Shown here piece by piece: positions 1 to 13,097 of a stretch of 64,000 nucleotides of DNA (its first letter is position 1; every line of letters begins with the position of its first letter). A program made the position numbers and the translations under genes. The DNA is taken from the NCBI GenBank assembly GCA_043228905.1, contig JBHGNT010000002.1, positions 28,339,210-28,403,209 of the forward strand. Direction: 5' to 3'. Source of the DNA: Azolla caroliniana. Taxonomy: Eukaryota; Plantae; Polypodiophyta. The notes below the pieces were generated by a model. The model was not told the DNA's origin and ran no database searches. It saw only the letters and a list, made by a program, of their open reading frames with translations.

Positions 1-71
1 ATGCTCTTACAATTATTTAAATAAAAGTAAAGCCTCTCATGATTATGTTTTAGATGAGATTTTAGTTTGAA

Positions 72-155
72 TACGAGCCTCTCGTTGCGCACCCGGTTTA
101 CGCACCCAGTCTACGCACTTGTTTACGCACCCAATGTTGAGCTTGTATCTCAACA
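72..155 (-). mobile_element. Fragment of copia-B LTR (U3 end)
   Basis: Matches 12807-12889; ends gcttgtatctcaaca and is followed by the same caacgaaggag junction as at 12890. Confidence 0.85.
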
Positions 156-363
156 CAACGAAGGAGCTGAGATGGGCCTACTAACCAGGCAAGCCGACCA
201 AGGAGGACGAGGTGCGCAGAACCGGATGGGTCGTGGGAAGCAGAACTGGACCAGACGAGGAGCGCAAGCAAGGCGGGAGGAGGTCAGAAGGAGCCGAAGG
301 AAAGGACCGGCCACTACAGACACTGACACCACGATCCGACCTCAAGTTGAGCTTGAGGGGGAG

Positions 364-833
364 TGTTGAGCGAGCAAGCTCAACTGGATCCGGATCGGTT
401 AAATAAGCTAGAGCCGGATCGGTATTCAGAACGGAGAACCAGATCGGTGTCCAGATGATATCTGGAACTAGGAGCCAGATCGGAGACCCGGATCGGATTG
501 ACACCGATCGGCCGTTAGATGCCTACGGATCCAGCCTAGTACGTAGGCATATTTTTGGGAGTCAGTGACAGTCGCTCGTGTGAGCATTGAAGTACTTGTC
601 AGTACTTCTATCAGTCCTCTATGGACTTGTATAAAAGTGCTCTTTGAGCACGTTCTATGTATAGAGTTACAAAGTGTTATTTTTTAATAGAGTTTTATGT
701 TCTGCTCTCTCTCTCTCTCTCTCCTGTGTATGCTTATTCTCTGTGTTAAGCTTCCATTAAACCTTCTTCTCTTTAATGTTACTATCAGGAAAGAATTCAG
801 TTTGGCATACGCTTCTGCACGCTAACTTTCACA
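364..833 (+). repeat. 5' LTR of copia A
   Basis: tgttgag...ctttcaca, TATA-like tgtataaaag, (CT)n tract, followed by PBS; near-identical copy at 13098-13571. Confidence 0.93.
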
Positions 834-939
834 TGGTATCAGAACGAGGTTTGAGAACCTCTGCAACCGACGAGCGACTAATGAAGACAAACCCTAACAC
901 CCGGAGAAGAACATAAGAGAACCTAAGATGGACAGAGGA

Positions 940-3900
940 ATGGCAAGTTCATTTCTAACAGAAAAGCTCGACCGGAGCAACTATGCATCCTGGTCATATA
1001 AAATGCACCAATACCTGTTGGGGCATGGATATTGGATCTATGTGGAAGGAACCAACGAGGTAGCACCGAAGCCAGCACACAAAGACTTCCCGGCATGGGA
1101 ACAATGAACGAGCCGAGTATTGTATTGCCTCGCGTTCGGTGTGCACGATCAGATGCTCGGCTACATGAAGGATGCAAAAACGCCAAAGGAGGCCTGAGAA
1201 AATCTTCGGAAGATTTTCGCCGCGAGTACCACAACCTGTAAGTTGCAGCTCCGAGAGGAGCTGAACAACATCCGACAAAGAGATATGTTGGTTACAGACT
1301 ACACCACTAAGATAAAGGAGATTTGTGACGTGCTCGGGTCCATCAATGTGACGGTGGATGAAGACGAGATCTGTCTTGGTGGTCTTGCACAACGGTACGG
1401 GCCAATCTGGATGGCAATTTGCACCTGGGAGAAATCACCGTCCTTCTTTGACTTACAATCAATGTTGATGGTCGAAGAAAACTACGCGAGTGGGTCGAGG
1501 ACCACTCAATCGAACAACCGGATGCTATACACGAAGGCGGATCGACCCCGTGGGCATGGAGGACGAGGTGGGTCGGCACCCAATGGTGGCGGCCAGCAAG
1601 AGCAGAATCGAAGGCATAAACCCAGTGCCGGAAACCGGCAAGGAAAAGCTGGCATGGAGTGCTGGTATTGTGGCAAGAAAGGCCACAGAGAAAACGAGTG
1701 CTGGAAGAAGTGCGCCGATTCTGATAAATCCAGGTCCGGCAAAGCTCGCACTACGCAGTAGGATCAAAAGGATCCGGAACTGGGAAGACCAGAAAGGGGC
1801 CAGCCTTTGTGATGAAGCACAAGGCCAACTCGATGAAGATGACCACTTCTAGACAAGAGGAAGTCTGGTACGTTGATTCCGGAGCATCTAATCATATGAC
1901 GAGCCATGAAGAGTGGTTCTTGTTTTTAGAGAAACGGAACAACCGGGGATTGTCAAAACCGGAGACGACACCCCTCACCCAATTGTGTATGTCGAAGAAG
2001 TCCCTTTAAGCCATGTCAGACAAAAAGGGAAAGCTAATGAATGTATTACACGTTCCGACTATCACAAAGAACCTGGTATCGGTCAGACAAATAGTCGACC
2101 AGAGAATGCAGGTGCGGTTTACACACCTTAGATGCTTCATCGAGGAAGAAGGTCGGATAATTGCGCAAGGGCATAGAGAAGGGAGGATGTTCATCCTCAA
2201 CATTAATGACGTCGACACCGCTATGTTTGCCAAAGGACAAAAGATTGAATTGGACATTGATCTCTGGCATAAGCGGATCGGCCACGTCAACTACCGTAGG
2301 CTTCAAGATCTGCAATCGAAATAAGTTGTGTTCGAATTGCCAAAGTTTAGTGGCCAGAAGGTACAAATATGTGAAGCCTGCCAACTCGGGAAGCAACACC
2401 GCCTTCCATTCCCCACCGAACGAAACTGGAGCCGTAACAAGTTCAATCTAATCTATTCGAATGTATGGGGACCGGCACAGAACGTTAGTCTTGGTAGGAG
2501 TCGATATTTTGTCTCCATCGACAACTACAGCCGGCACACATGGATCTACCTCATCGAGAAGAAAAGCGAAGTCTTGACTGTTTCCGAAAACTTCAAAGCT
2601 TAGTCAAAAGGGAGACGAGAGGAAGATCAAGTGCCTGCAGTCGGATGGTGGAAAAGAATACTTTTCCGGCCAATTCAACAGTTCTCTGCATTAGAATGGA
2701 ATTCGGAGAGAATTGAGCTGCCGATACACACCGGAACAAAATGGTGTGGCCGAGAGAAAGAACCGATCGATTGTCGACGCGGCAAGGGCAATGCTAGAGG
2801 AGAAGAGCATGCCCAAATTCTACTGGGTTGAAACACGTTTGGATATTCGGTAGCATAGCATATGTGCATGTACCGAATGAGAAGCAGAGGAAGTGGATCT
2901 GAAATCGGAGAAGTGCATACTCGTCGGCTACTCGCATGAACAGAAGGGGTATTAGTGTTATAACCCCCAAACTAAACAGGTCTGAGTAAGCCGAGATGTC
3001 GAGTTTGATGAATCGGCATCATGGTACTCTCTACCGACTCCAACTTCTGACCCGATTCCTAAAGATGAGGGTGGTGAGCCCGAAGAGGTCCAGGTAGAAG
3101 ATGATGACTTCGGTACTCTAGATGAGAGTCCGATCTCATTCCGGCTAAGTGGGCTGAATGAGCGACTGAGTCGGGATGACCAATCGGATGAAGAATCAGC
3201 AAGTAGGGGAGACTCTGTTATGCTCTCCCCGCACAAGGAACTGAGGAGACGATTCACGCGCAAAGAGAAAGGGAGAAGAAGATGCCAGAATACGATACCG
3301 GCAGTGAAGGGTCGGATCGGAATGAATCGGACCCCGGAAAGGAAGAAGGTGGATCTTTAGAAAGGAAGTCTAAAACTGGCCAAGAAGGGCCTCAAACCGG
3401 GTAATGAAATGTTACATCGGTCAACCCGTCAAAAGAAAACCGTCATGAGGTACGGATACAATGAGTACATGGCGCATCTCTATGCGTACATGACAAAGGT
3501 GGCGGAAGTGCGTGATCCGGAGAGCTACGCAGAAGCAACAAAGGACGCAAATTGGCATGTTGCTATGGAGGAAGAAATGCATGCACTTGATGCCAACGAC
3601 ACATGGGACCTGGTTGACCCTCCCTGACAGTGTAAACCGATCGGTTGCAAATGGGTATATAAGGTGAAGTACAAGTACAATGCCGATGGTTCGGTCAACC
3701 GGTACAAGGCCCGGTCAGTGGCACAGGGATATGAACAGACCCACGGAATCGACTACGATGAGACCTTCGCTCCGGTAGTGAAGATGAAGATGGTTCGTGT
3801 GGTACTGGTTGTTGTTGCGGCAAGAGGATGACATCTTCACCATATGGACATGAAGAATGCGTTTCTTCAAGGTGACCTTGAAGAATGGGTCTATATGATC

Positions 3901-4625
3901 CAACCCCCCGATTTCCAATTGGAGATGAACAAGTCGGCAGTATGCCCACTCAAGAAGTCACTTTACGGTTTAAAGCGAGCCCCCCGAGCTTGGAATGCGA
4001 AGATCACGCACCGGTTATGTAAGATGGTGTTTGCGGCCTCGAAGTTCGACTTGTCACTTTTCATCCGAAAAGGTCCGGACGGTCCGATCTGTACCCTACT
4101 ATATGTTGATGATTTAGTCATCACCGAACCCGGACTGGATGAAATCGGCATAGTGAAGTCCCAACTGTCAGAAGCATTTGAAATGAAGGAGCTGGGGGAC
4201 CTTCATTATTTTCTTGGAATTGAGGTGATCTAGACCCCCGATGGCATATTGCTCTCACAAACACACTATGTGTTGAATATGTTGTACAAGTTCGGCATGA
4301 CTGTATGCCGACCGATCTCCACACCCCTAGTCCGGAACCTGAAGCTATGTCCCGACTCCGGACCGGCTTGCGATGAGAAACGGTTCCGACAAATTGTCGG
4401 AAGCCTCATATACTTGTCAATCACTCGACCCGACATCAATTACCTGGTCGGAGTGATCAGCCAATTCTTGTAGAATCCGATCGTCGAGCACCTTCAGTGC
4501 GCACACGAGATACTCCGGTATGTTAGCGGCACGAAGGACTAGGGACTATTATACCGACACAGTATAACTGGTAAGCTGGTCGGATATACCGATGCTGACT
4601 GGGTTGGTAATGCATCGAATCGGTT
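940..4625 (+). pseudogene. Disrupted gag-pol of copia A
   Basis: Fragments: CCHC knuckle CWYCGKKGHRENEC, protease WYVDSGASNHM, GAG-pre-integrase LWHKRIGH/CEACQLGK, RT MDMKNAFLQG and LLYVDD. Many stops and frameshifts; RNase H lost after YTDADW. Confidence 0.9.
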
Positions 4626-4742
4626 CAACAGTTGGATTCGGAAAAGTCGGATCAACTAAAGACCAAGCGAACGAGAAAGCAACGGAAGTCGACACCGACA
4701 CGGAGGAACCGATGGGTCGACAAACGTCGGAGTTGTAGTAGT

Positions 4743-5125
4743 TGTGAAATGTTACGTGCGGAAGCTATACGAAACACAGAATGCTGACAGAAAAAATAGG
4801 TTTAATGGAGAGCTTAAGACACAATGTATGTAGGAGAGATAGAGAGAGAATGAACACACAGAAAAACTAAAAAACAAATAATGTGTGAAACTCTGTACAT
4901 AGGATGTGCTCAGAGAGCACTTTTATACAAGTCCATACGGACTGACATAAGTACTGACACTTACTTCAATGCTCATAACTGAGCTCCTACACTAACTCCC
5001 AAATATATTCCCTCGCGGAATATTTGTTCAACGGCCTCCCGGTTTCCCGTACAGCTACGGCCTCTCATTGGGCACCCAGTCTACGCACTTGTTAACGCAC
5101 CCAATGTTGAGCTTGTATCTCAACA
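4743..5125 (-). repeat. 3' LTR of copia B
   Basis: Repeat of 12495-12889; adjacent PPT (ctccccctc on plus). Confidence 0.9.
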
Positions 5126-6701
5126 CTCCCCCTCAAGCTCAACTTGAGGTTCCGCCTGCTCTTCCAGATCTCTGCTACGGCTTCTCCTGGCTTCACGCCT
5201 CGCTCGTGCTCCTCGACCCGTTCGATTCCACGCGCCTCGACCCTTATGGTCCGCTTATCTGCTCTCTCGTCCACTTCCGGAGTCTTCCACAGAACCACCT
5301 TTGGCTTCTTCAACGGACACTAAATCGAATTCATCATCTGAACTTCTGCTCCTTTCCATGGTCTTGCGGAACTTTTCTCCCCCTCAAGTTTGGCACGTCG
5401 AGGTGTCGCAACCCAAGCGCACCTGGCGGAACTTGTCTAGACCAAAGGGCTTGGTGAAGATGTCGACGTTTTGCCGATCCGTCGGAACATACTGATGTTC
5501 GACTTCACGTGAGAGGACACGCTCACGGACAAAGTGGTAGTGCACCTCATGTGCTTAGTCGGGGTGAGGAAGACAGGGTTCTTCGCAAGTTGGATGCTGC
5601 TGAAGTTGTCATAGTAGATCGTCGTCGGACCGGACACCTCCACCTACAAATCCTTAAGTAGCTGCTTCAGCCATATGGCTTCGCACATTGTGAAAACCGC
5701 TCCTCGATACTCGCCCTTTGTGCTCGACAGTGCAACTGTCGGCCGCTTTTTCCTACTCCACGTGATCGCAGCGCTCCCAAGGGAGAACGCGAAACCGGAT
5801 TTGGATCGGCGATCGCCGGCGTTTCCGGCCCAGTCGGCATATGTATAGTTGACTAGCTGCACAGCAGTACCGGTCCGATATAATAGCCCTTGGTCCTTAG
5901 TGCCAGTGACTTACCTGAGTACGCATTGCAAGCACTGAAAGTGCTCCTCGGTTGGCTGCGCCATGAACTGACTAATCAAGCCAACCGGGTAACTCAGGTC
6001 CGCCGGGTGATAGTCAAGTATATGAGGCTTCCGACAATCTATCGAAACCTTTTCAGGTCGCAGACCTTTCCGGAGTCAGGGCGAACCTTCACGGTTCTGT
6101 CCAGAGGAGTTTAGACGGACTTACAATCTGCCATCTCGAACTTGAAGAGCATACTCAACACATAAACGTCGTTGGCTAATCAGTATGCCTTTAGGGGTTC
6201 AGATCACTTAGATCCCGAGAAAGTAATGAAGGTCCCCCAGGTTCTTCATATCAAATGATGCCACAAGCTAGAGCTTTACGCGGTCAATTTCACTTAGGTC
6301 GACGCCGGCGATGACCAAGTCATCAACATAAAGTAAGATACTAACCGGCCCAAGTCGACCTTGTCGGACGAACAATGAAGAGTCTGATTTGAACGTCGCA
6401 AATCCCATCCGACGCAATTACTACGTGATCTTCGTGTTCCAGGCACGCGGGGCTTGCTTTAGTCTGTAAAGGGATTTCTTCAACTGGCATACCTCCGAAG
6501 TGTTCGTTCCGAAGTGAAATTCGGGGGGATGTACCATGTACACTTGTTCCTCAAGCTCACCTTGCAAGAACACATTCCTTACATCCATCTGATGTAAGTG
6601 CCACCCCTTCGCCGCAGCTACCGCAAGCAAAACACGGAGGATCGTCATTTTCGCGACCGGCGCAAACGTCTCATCGTAATCGATGGCGTGTTGTTGCGCG
6701 T

Positions 6702-7438
6702 TGTCGTGAGGATTTTCGGCCATGGTGACAAAACCCGAGCGGGAGGAATAAAACAAGATGTGCAACATTGCACGTGAACTTAGGAAAATTGTAACATAGG
6801 AATAATAGACAAATGTAAGGAGGAAAAGTAAGATGTAAAGGTATAAAGGTAATGTGCACTTTGTAGACTAGAGGGAGGCACATGAAGTATGGGTGTAGGG
6901 AGTAGTGGGCATTGAGTATGTCGGTGAGAGGAGAGGGAGTTAAGACCCATCAATCTCACATTCTAAGATCGAGGTCAAATGCTCTCCTTTGAAAGAAATG
7001 GGATTTGACCACTCCTTTTTGTAATGTGCCTCATCCCTTATTACTATAAAAGGGAGTGAGGGGTCACTTTTAAGGGGCTTCCACCTTTTCGGTTTCTTTG
7101 GGTTTCCATTAGGGTTTCGGAATTTTGGGTTTTAGGATCTCGTTTTAGGGGTTTCATTCGTCTTCTTCTTCTTCTTCTTCCTTTCCCCTATCCGGTTAGG
7201 GTTTCATCTTGAGGGTTTACATTCGGCCTACATGACAAAGGTTGTAATTGGTGTGGTACTTTCCATAATGTATCTTGTCTTGTTTAGATCTTATTCTCTT
7301 GAATCTTAATCTCTCAAATCTTAATCTTTCTCTTCCTTCTCGGTTGAACTCCCAAGCTTCTCTCCCTCCTCTTACTCCCTAGTCCAAGACCCCCGTGGTC
7401 CCGTCCTATCCGACACGCACACGCGGATTTCCGTGACA
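6702..7438 (+). mobile_element. Probable solo LTR inserted in the RT of copia B
   Basis: 737 bp, tgtc...gaca ends, splits RT motif AKGY|AQQH. Degenerate 4-bp TSD gcgt/acat (two G>A changes). TATA-like ctataaaagg near 7045. Confidence 0.75.
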
Positions 7439-8768
7439 ACATAGCCTTTTGCTACTAACCAGGCCTTGTATCGGTTGACCGAGTTGTCGGTGTTCTACTT
7501 GACCTTGTACACCCACCTGCATCCAATCGGCTTTACACCCTTGGGGGCATCAACCAGGTCCCAGGTTTCATTCTCCGCAAGTGCGTTCATCTCTTCCTCC
7601 ATGGCGGCACGCCAGTTTGCGTCCTTTGCCACTTCTACGTAGCTCTACGGCTCACACACTTCCGCTACACGTGTCATGTACGCATAGTGATGCGCCATGT
7701 ACTCGTTGTATCCGAACCGCACAACAGGGTTCTTCTAGTGGGTAGATCGGCGTAATTGCTCATTAGCCGATATTGAGGCCTTTCTAGCCGACTCGGGCTT
7801 CGATGGTGAAGGCCCATCATCGCTCTTCTCAGAGTCGGATTCCCGTTGATCCGACTTATCCCTATCCGTGTCATACTCTGACATCTTCTTCTTTCCCTTT
7901 TCTTTGCGCATAAGCTGTCTCTTTGGCTTCCGGTGCGGGGAATGCACAACCGAGTCTCCACTACTCGTCGGCTCTTCATCTGATTGGTCAACCCGACTCG
8001 GTCACTCATTCGGTCCACTTAGCCGAAATGAGATCGGACTTGCTTCAAGAGTTCCGACTTCGCGTTCATCAGGAGGCATCTAAGCCTCGCTGACCTCATC
8101 TTCAGAACTCAGATTGGAGTTGAGGTCTGGGGTCGTAGGCAAATACCAAGACGCGGACTCATTGAACACAACATTGTGACTTACGCGAGCTTGTTTGGTT
8201 GGGGGGTTGTAACACTTATAACCCTTTTGTTTGTCTGAATAGTCGACCAAGATACACTTCTCGTCTTTCGCATCCAACTTCCTCCGCTTCTCCTTCGGCA
8301 CATGCACATATGCGATGCTACCGAAAACCCTCAAGTGTCGTAGATTCGGCTTCCTTCCGAAATACTGCTCATATGCCGACACTTTCTCCCCGATCCGATT
8401 CTGGATGTAGACCGTGTTTCGGACCACTTCAGCCCAATAGAACTTGGGCATGCTCATTTCTTCCAGCATTGCCGGCGCCGCTTCCACAACCGACCGATTC
8501 TTCATTTCGGCTACGCCGCTCTGCTCCGGTGTATACCTGCAACTGAATTCGCGCCGAATTCCCATTTGTTGCAGATAACTGTTGAATTGGCCGGAAAAGT
8601 ACTCTTTTCGCCATCCGACCGCAGGCCCTTGATCTTCCTCCCTATTTCCCTTTCGGTAAGATTTTTGAGGTTCCGAAAACAGTCGAAGACTTCGCTCTTC
8701 TTTTCGATGAGGTAGATCCATGTGTGTCAGGTGTAGTCATCGATGAAGGAGACGAAATATCGACTCCC

Positions 8769-10759
8769 TGTTGTCGGGGTGGGGGGGTGAAGCCATTCTA
8801 GGCTTCACCCCCTGGCTTCACCCCCCTCCCAAGGGGATTATGATAGGGAGAGAACTAGAGAGAGAGAGACAAATAGAAAATGACACAAATGTGAGAGGCA
8901 AAAATGTATATATTCATTACATGCCCATAAGGGGTTTACATAATACATCCAATGTAACGGTTACATAACCGTTATAAATAAGACCATTACACATTCTTGT
9001 ACACATGCACAATTATGTGCATGTGTCCATACACATACTCATCCTCACACACTCATTTACTTTACACATACACATCAACCACATCATTACACCTGCCCTT
9101 ATGCCTCCCCGTATATTCTTACGGGTAACACATGGCACGTCTGTGGGACAGTGCATTGCACGGTGAACCCACTCACCATGGCAACTCTTCTCGACCAGAA
9201 CTCCATCGATCGTCTCAACGGTCGGAAATCCCTCGACCGGATCACTGCTCTACGATCGATAACTTCCATCGGAGCTTTTCTTGACTCAAACCTTCTCGTT
9301 CGGTCAACACAAGTCGCGATTGGATCATACGCCAATCGGCTAGTTCAATGTGGCACGGGTCGTGAAATCGTGTTGTGCGTTTTGTGTATTCTTTCTTTCA
9401 CCATGTGAGTTGTGTTTTCGAAATTCCATAATTTGTACCACTTATTTTTTCGAAATTCTAGTTTTTACCCTCATGTTTTTAAATGTTTATTTTCTACCCT
9501 CCGTTTTCTGAAATTTTTTCTTCTGCACTCGAGCTTCTGAAATTCGATGGTATGCCCTCGAATTATTGAAAATTTCCTCTTTGCCCCCCTTTCTCTTTCT
9601 CTCTTTCTCTCTTGCTTTCTTGTTTTCTTGTTCTCCTCTCTGTTTGTCAATTTCGTTTTCTTCTTTATCTTCTTCATCGTCTTCTCTACTTGTTGCTTCT
9701 TCTCTTCTCTCTTTGTTGTTGTCTATTCTTCTTCTTCTCTTTCCTTCTAGTAGCAGCCACTGCCTCTTCCATTGTTTCAGCTTCTTCTTCCCCTTCTTGT
9801 TCTTCGTTTTTTCTCCTTCTTCTCCTTTTTTGTCTTTGTCCTCCTCTGATTTCTTCCTTTTCTATATGTTGCTTCTCTATCTTTCTCTTCTTCCATCGGT
9901 CATCTATGGCCATTTTCGTCCGTGGTCGTCCTTCTATCTCTGCCAGCCGTGATTGTCGAACACTCTCGACTCGATGATCGTCACCGTCTGTACGGCCGAC
10001 TCTATCGGCCGTTGGCTCGGCCGCCACTGTTCGGTAGTTGTTCGGACAGTAGGCTCTCGGTTCGGCCATGTCTTTCAGGATACCTATCGGACTTCGGCCA
10101 TCTTTTGGCAGCTTTCGGACTATCTTTCCAGCTCTGTAGCCGTCAATCATCGTTCATCCTCTCCGTCAGACGTCGACCGTATCTCGGTAGGCTCTTGCTT
10201 GACGTTGATCTCTCAACTGATTCTCAGCCCAATCATCTCTCGGCCATCACTTGGCCGTACTCTCGGCCGCACTTGTCGGTCGTACTCTCAGCCATGCGTC
10301 TCGGCCATATTCTCGCGCCGCCAGCTATCCCCGTGTGGTCGATTGTCCGAATGTCTCTATAGTCGTGGTTTTCTCCATCACCGCCGTCTCTCGGCCATCG
10401 TCATTCGTCGTCACTGTTCGTCTATCCGGCGGTCGGCTCTGTCCACTGGCTGTGTAGGTCTTTCTATGGCCGTCTCTTTCCTCGTCCTCCTCTTCTTGGT
10501 AGTCGGCTCTATGCTTGGTTGTGGTTCCTCACTCAAACCTAGAAAGTGTTGTTGGGGAAGGGGTTTATATAATACATCCAATGTAACGGTTACATGACCG
10601 TTATAAATAAGATTGTTATGCATTCTTGTACACATGCACAATTATGTGCATGTGTCCATACACATACTCATCCTCAGACACTCATTTACTTTACACATAC
10701 ACATCAACCACATCGTTACACCTACCCTTATGCCTCCCCGTATATTCTTACGGGTAACA
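8769..10759 (+). mobile_element. Non-autonomous LTR element (TRIM/LARD-like, possibly gypsy Tat-related) inserted in the integrase of copia B
   Basis: Perfect TSD ctccc (8764-8768, 10760-10764); LTRs 8769-9130 and 10547-10759 (the latter ~150 bp shorter); PBS-like tggcacgtctgtggga at 9133; no recognisable gag/pol. Confidence 0.85.
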
Positions 10760-12494
10760 CTCCCGCCAAGACTCATGTTCTGTGTTGGTCCCCATACATC
10801 TAAATGTATCAAGTCAAGCTTATTTCGGCTCCGATTACACTTGTTGGGTAAAGGAAGTCGGTTTCCCTAGCTGGTAGGCTACACAAATTTGGGCCTTTCG
10901 ACCATTGAATTTTGGCAATCTGAACACAACTTGTTTCGATTGCAGGTCCTGAAGCCTTTGGTAGTTGACGTGGCCTATCCGCTTATGCCACAAGTCAATA
11001 TCCGACTCGACTTTTTGTCCTTTTGTGAACATGGTGGTACCTACGTCATTGGTGTCGAGGATGAACATCCTCCCATCTCTACGCCCTTGTGCAATACCTT
11101 GGCCTTCTTCCTCGATGAAGCACTTGAGATGCGTGAACCGGACTTGCATCCCCTGGTCGACGATCTCTCCGACCGACACCAGATTCTTCGTAATTGTCGC
11201 GACGTGTAACACATTCATTACCTTCTGTTTTTTCCCGACGTGGCTGAGGGGAACTTCACCGACATGTACGATCGGATGCGAAGTGTCGTATCCTATTGCG
11301 ACTACTCTCGATTATTCCGGATTTTCCAGATATGAGAACCACTCTTTATGGTTCGTCATATGGTTTGACGCTCCGGAGTCAACATACCACACTTTGTCTG
11401 ATTTCGGGGTGGTCTTCTTCATCGAGTTCGCTTCGTGTCTTGTCACGAAGGCTGCCCCCTATTCGACTTTTTAGGATACTTCGCCGTAGTGTGTCCGCTG
11501 CCGATTTCCTTGTTTGGTTCGTCTGGATCCGGATCCGGTTTTCTCCAAATCGGCGCGCTTCTTCCAAGACTCGCTCTCCTTGTGGCCCTTCTTGCCACAA
11601 TACTAGCATTCCACGGTGTGTTTCCCTTGCTGGTTCTTGTCCCCTCCTCGATTTCCGCTGCTTTCAGAGGGTCCGGAATTGTTGTCGGCATCACCACAAT
11701 GCCTTCTTCCTTGTTCCCGTCAGCCGCCTCCATTGCGCGCCGACTCATCTCGTCCGCCACGACCACGTAGCCTATTTCCCTCCGTTTACAAGATCTTGAT
11801 GTCGGCATGCATACTCGTCGACGCACCCGCGTGATTCTCCTCTACAAGGAGCCTTGACTGCGAGTTGAAAAACAATGACGTATTCTCCCTTGTACAAATA
11901 GCAATTCGGAATGCTCCGAACTTCGACGCCAATCCTCCGAGGTAGATCTGCACCATTTCGCCCTCTCAACGTTCACATCGATGGAGGCAAGGGAATCGCA
12001 GATATCCTTTATCTTGGTGGTGTAGCCAACCACCGTCATGTCGCGTTGACGCACATTGCCCAACTCCTGTCGGAGTTGGAGCTGCCTGGTTGTGGTGCTT
12101 GCTGAGAAAATCTTTCTCAGATTTCCCCAAGCATCCTTCGGCGTTCTTGCATCCCGAATGTAGCTCAAGAGTTGTTTTCTCATACAGGACGCGAAGCAGT
12201 AGAGATTTCTGCTCATCGACTGTTCCCAGGCCAGGAAGTCTCTATGTGTCGATTTGGGTGCTGCATCATTCGCTCCATCGACATAGCTCCAGTATCCATT
12301 TCCTAGAAGGTACGGGTGCATCTTGTACGACCAGGATGCGTAATTACTTCTATCGAGCTTCTTAGTTGGAAGCGAACTTGCCATACCTCTATCCTTTTTT
12401 TTTCTTTCTGATCTTCACCAAGGTTAGGTTTTCTTTTTTTTGTTTCGAGCTGAAGTCGGTTGCAGAGGTTCTCAACCCTCACGCTCTGATACCA

Positions 12495-12889
12495 TGTGAA
12501 ATGTTACATGTGGAAGCTATACGAAACACAGAATACCGATAGAGAAAATAGGTTTAATGGAGAGCTTAAGACACAATGTATGCGGGAGAGACAGAGAGAG
12601 AATGAACACACAAAAAAACTAAAAAATAAATAATGCGTGAAACTTTATACATAGGATGTGCTCAGAGAGCACTTTTATACAAGTCCATACGGACTGACAG
12701 AAGTACTAACACGTACTTCAATGCTCATAACTGAGCTCCTACACTAACTCCCAAATATATTCACTCGCGGAATATCGGTTCAACGGCCTCCCGGTTTCTA
12801 CACCGCTACGGCCTCCCGTTGCGCACCCGGTTTACGCACCCAATCTATGCACTTGTTTACGCACCCAATGTTGAGCTTGTATCTCAACA
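12495..12889 (-). repeat. 5' LTR of copia B
   Basis: On minus tgttgagatacaagctcaaca...tttcaca, followed by PBS. Confidence 0.9.
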
Positions 12890-13097
12890 CAACGAAGGAG
12901 CTAAGATGGGCCTACTGACCAGACAAGCTGACCAAGGAGGACAAGGTGCGTAGAACTAGACGAGTCGTGGGAAGCAGAACCGGACCGAACGAGGAACGTG
13001 AACAAGGCGGGAGGACGTCAGAAGGAGCCGTAGGAAAGGACTGGCCACTACAGACACTGACACCACGATCCGACCTCAAGTTGAGCTTGAGGGGGAG

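Larger units (their letters stand above)
5370..12384 (-). pseudogene. Disrupted gag-pol of copia B, interrupted by two insertions
   Basis: Gag MASSLPTKKLDRSNYASW, integrase YTPEQSGVAE...[20 protein letters not shown], RNase H ADWAG...VALSS; stops and frameshifts throughout. Confidence 0.9.
4743..12889 (-). mobile_element. Ty1/copia LTR retrotransposon B, inverted, inside the 3' region of A
   Basis: LTRs 12495-12889 (5') and 4743-5125 (3'); PBS tggtatcagagc on minus at 12483-12494; PPT at 5126-5134; flanks gtagt and caacg do not match as a TSD. Confidence 0.92.

Noticed and set aside
9471-10597. Several long plus-strand ORFs as host genes
   Set aside because: Low-complexity CT-rich sequence inside an LTR element suppresses stop codons; no recognisable domains.
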